A stretch of 64,000 nt of DNA, taken from NCBI RefSeq assembly GCF_038025025.1, contig NW_027117340.1, positions 2,170,001 through 2,234,000 of the forward strand, given 5' to 3'. Made by a program: the position numbers and the translations under genes. Below are positions 62,801 to 64,000 of the stretch, one piece after another (within the stretch, counting starts at the first letter, position 1; every line of letters begins with the position of its first letter). The notes under the pieces are model-generated. The model ran no database searches and was not told the origin of the DNA. It saw only the letters and a program-made list of their open reading frames with translations. This stretch comes from Phyllosticta citribraziliensis (Eukaryota).

Positions 62801-64000
62801 AAGATGGCGGTCTGAGCCTCTTCATCGTCTTCCTCTTCCTCCTCCTCATCATCGCCCTCGGGCTTTGGAGGGAAAGTCACTTGAATGTGACGCTCGCCCT
62901 GATCATCATCCACCGTCTTCCACGGCAAGCGAAGACTCTCTGCTAATTCTTCAACGAACTTTCGATCGCTGGCAGGCAAAGTTGAGGAGAGATCGAGAGG
63001 CTGGGCCGCGCCGCTCGGGGGACGGTTGTTGACATACTGCTTGACCTTCTTGTAGAGCTCCTTTTGGTTGGACGTCATGACGACCTGGCCGCGCCTATTG
63101 GTACGCTCCATGACGTCCTCGCGTCCCATTTGCTTGCCCTTGAACCATGCAGCATCTTGATTTTCCGCTTCAAAAAAGCGGTATTCCACGTGAGAAAGCT
63201 CGTCCAACAAAAGCGCCAATCGCTCAAGATTAATAACGCCGCCCTCGTTGATGTAGCCCTTCGCTTTTGGCAACACCGTTTTGTAAACGTTGAACATCAA
63301 CGCCAAAGCTCCCTCGTTGATGTGAAGATGTGGGAGGTTGGGAAGGAAATCGTTTCCAACAAAAAACGCCATGAGAATGAAGTCGTCGATGACACGTTCC
63401 ATGTCAAAAGGAAAGTCCAGGGCACCAGGCTCTTCTAGTTCTTGGAATTCCAGCTCCAAATACTCGCGGACAAGACAGAGATGCAACAAGAAGAAGTTTT
63501 GGTGTTCCAGTTCCTTGGATTTCTTCTGATTCTGCCGTCCGAAAGTGACTTCCTCGCGCAAAAGGCAGAAATGTGGGTCGTGACTCAGCAGACCCAACAT
63601 GATCAGGTCGGCATCGAGACCGTAAAGACAGTGTCTCCTGTTCGGGTCGTATCCAGGTTGCGCCTTGGCTTGGCGAATGTATTCCATGATCTTGTGTTCT
63701 CCTTCGCCAGGAACCTCGTGGCCGGAAAGGACAATCTCCACGCCTTGCCAGTCTACATCTTCTGAAACCTTCTTATTGACGAAATACTTGAGGTGTCTCG
63801 TCAACCTGGCCATGAACTCCGTTCCGGGTGTAATGCAGTTGCTGTCAAAAGGGGGCTCCTTTGGCATTTCGATGCCCTCTTTGATGGCCTTCTCCCGCGC
63901 TTGCTCTGCATCCAGGGCAGTCCTGAAGCGACGAGCACGCTGTTGGTTCATCTTGGCGCGGGGTGCGACACCATCAATCGCCATGAAAAAAAGCTGTTTG
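59851..64000 (-). CDS. XRN1: 5'-3' exoribonuclease 1; 5' end lies outside the window; intron 62472-62525
   Basis: MAIDGVAPRAKMNQQR, FDSNCITPGT, PGEGEHKI, YGLDADL and GNDFLP. Long C-terminal domains and RGG tail indicate Xrn1 rather than Rat1. Confidence 0.96.
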   Translation of the reverse strand, partial: KQLFFMAIDGVAPRAKMNQQRARRFRTALDAEQAREKAIKEGIEMPKEPPFDSNCITPGTEFMARLTRHLKYFVNKKVSEDVDWQGVEIVLSGHEVPGEGEHKIMEYIRQAKAQPGYDPNRRHCLYGLDADLIMLGLLSHDPHFCLLREEVTFGRQNQKKSKELEHQNFFLLHLCLVREYLELEFQELEEPGALDFPFDMERVIDDFILMAFFVGNDFLPNLPHLHINEGALALMFNVYKTVLPKAKGYINEGGVINLERLALLLDELSHVEYRFFEAENQDAAWFKGKQMGREDVMERTNRRGQVVMTSNQKELYKKVKQYVNNRPPSGAAQPLDLSSTLPASDRKFVEELAESLRLPWKTVDDDQGERHIQVTFPPKPEGDDEEEEEEDDEEAQTAIFRVFKRYDKAKVEDLSPGDVQAAMEKKYEEKYQDWKNNYYQSKLGWGVDNEEEMRKLAENYVQGLQWVLYYYYRGVASWPWYYGYHYAPMISGKLECSTHTVLEVLTASADVKKGLTANLNFKLGQPFRPYQQLMGVLPDRSKTIVPTAYHDLMTNKDSPIIDFYPRDFELDMNGKKMEWEAVVKIPFIEEKRLLSAMATKETQLSDDERQRNEFGVSLKFTYQPELDFVYPSSLPGIFPDLAHCHCVENIFELPTMEGLDYYVGLVDGVKIGIDALAGFPSLKVLPFHGALAFHGVNVFQQESRNESMVVTLLGTEERNKVSDAQKKLGQAIHVGYPFLQEAKVVKVSDELFDYVEQGGQVISIPHGPKEISDWKKKSDRIESFYNKKLGIDIGDVESVLHVDMLKGLKKEHDGATVKEYGVISGLETDYASQAIVDQVVSADQRFLERAAVPIAEEFPIGSRAFFLGDFAYGRPLEVLAHHDDKAECWVLTMKGKERDFGKEVVKRVESQQAYQPSYAVARQLRMNPLALSKITSALSVNSSGLRLNLGLNLKFEAKKMKVLGYSRKGETGWEYSPKAVNLICEYMVKFPEFFAVIQANPKGDMYEDTDFYPEDIAKQKMKEIGAWLKSIESKKFQKVPLEAEQLDSDAVKEIEAAADENLANSPPPEGKKIRGVPRQALLKPTDAEQVIGSQRFTLGDRVVYVLDSGRVPIGQRGTVIGMTRTARTTLLDVVFDTTFMSGTSLGDRCTPFRGSTVPNTAVLNLSERQCVAMSTAASAKRPKSTPQPLAYGAPVAAGGQGQYVPAPVPAPLPGSFTGALRGNGRGGARGRGRGGFASPINGNGVQAPQQQVQSLPIRHSAPPTGESKAMNGAPYASRGRGGANGTFAPRGNGFVPRGGRGGGATQANRGGYTVVDNVDEGLVKNTVQFTPQNYNFAAPPASLDAPAGRGRGRGRGGFRGRGAATRGRGQGQGQGQSQPTTQ

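Overview
Gene-dense eukaryotic DNA from a filamentous ascomycete (Pezizomycotina; short GT-AG introns with CTRAY-type branch points). The window holds 23 protein-coding genes and two tRNA-Ser genes. Housekeeping genes: MRPL35, mitochondrial IF3, CSN5, POL3, AIF, Nup85, GCN5, CYK3, XRN1 (cut by the window edge) and a PhoD-family phosphatase. Other genes: a divergent thymine-7-hydroxylase / iso-orotate decarboxylase pair and several secreted or accessory genes (M35 protease, kelch proteins, chitinase-like protein, LovD-like hydrolase, aspartic protease, intradiol dioxygenase-like protein). Most notable: (1) a complete C4HC3 PHD finger with its own start codon inside the predicted first intron of GCN5 and in frame with the HAT and bromodomain, suggesting a PHD-GCN5 isoform; (2) a MITE-like family in four copies with CACAGTG termini and internal 33-bp repeats; (3) a stand-alone M35-prodomain-like gene divergent from an M35 protease; (4) a probably inactive GH18 chitinase-like protein; (5) a Ppr1/UaY-type site plus GATA boxes in the thymine-salvage bidirectional promoter. 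All product calls come from motif recognition by eye and all exon models are predictions; no database search was run.
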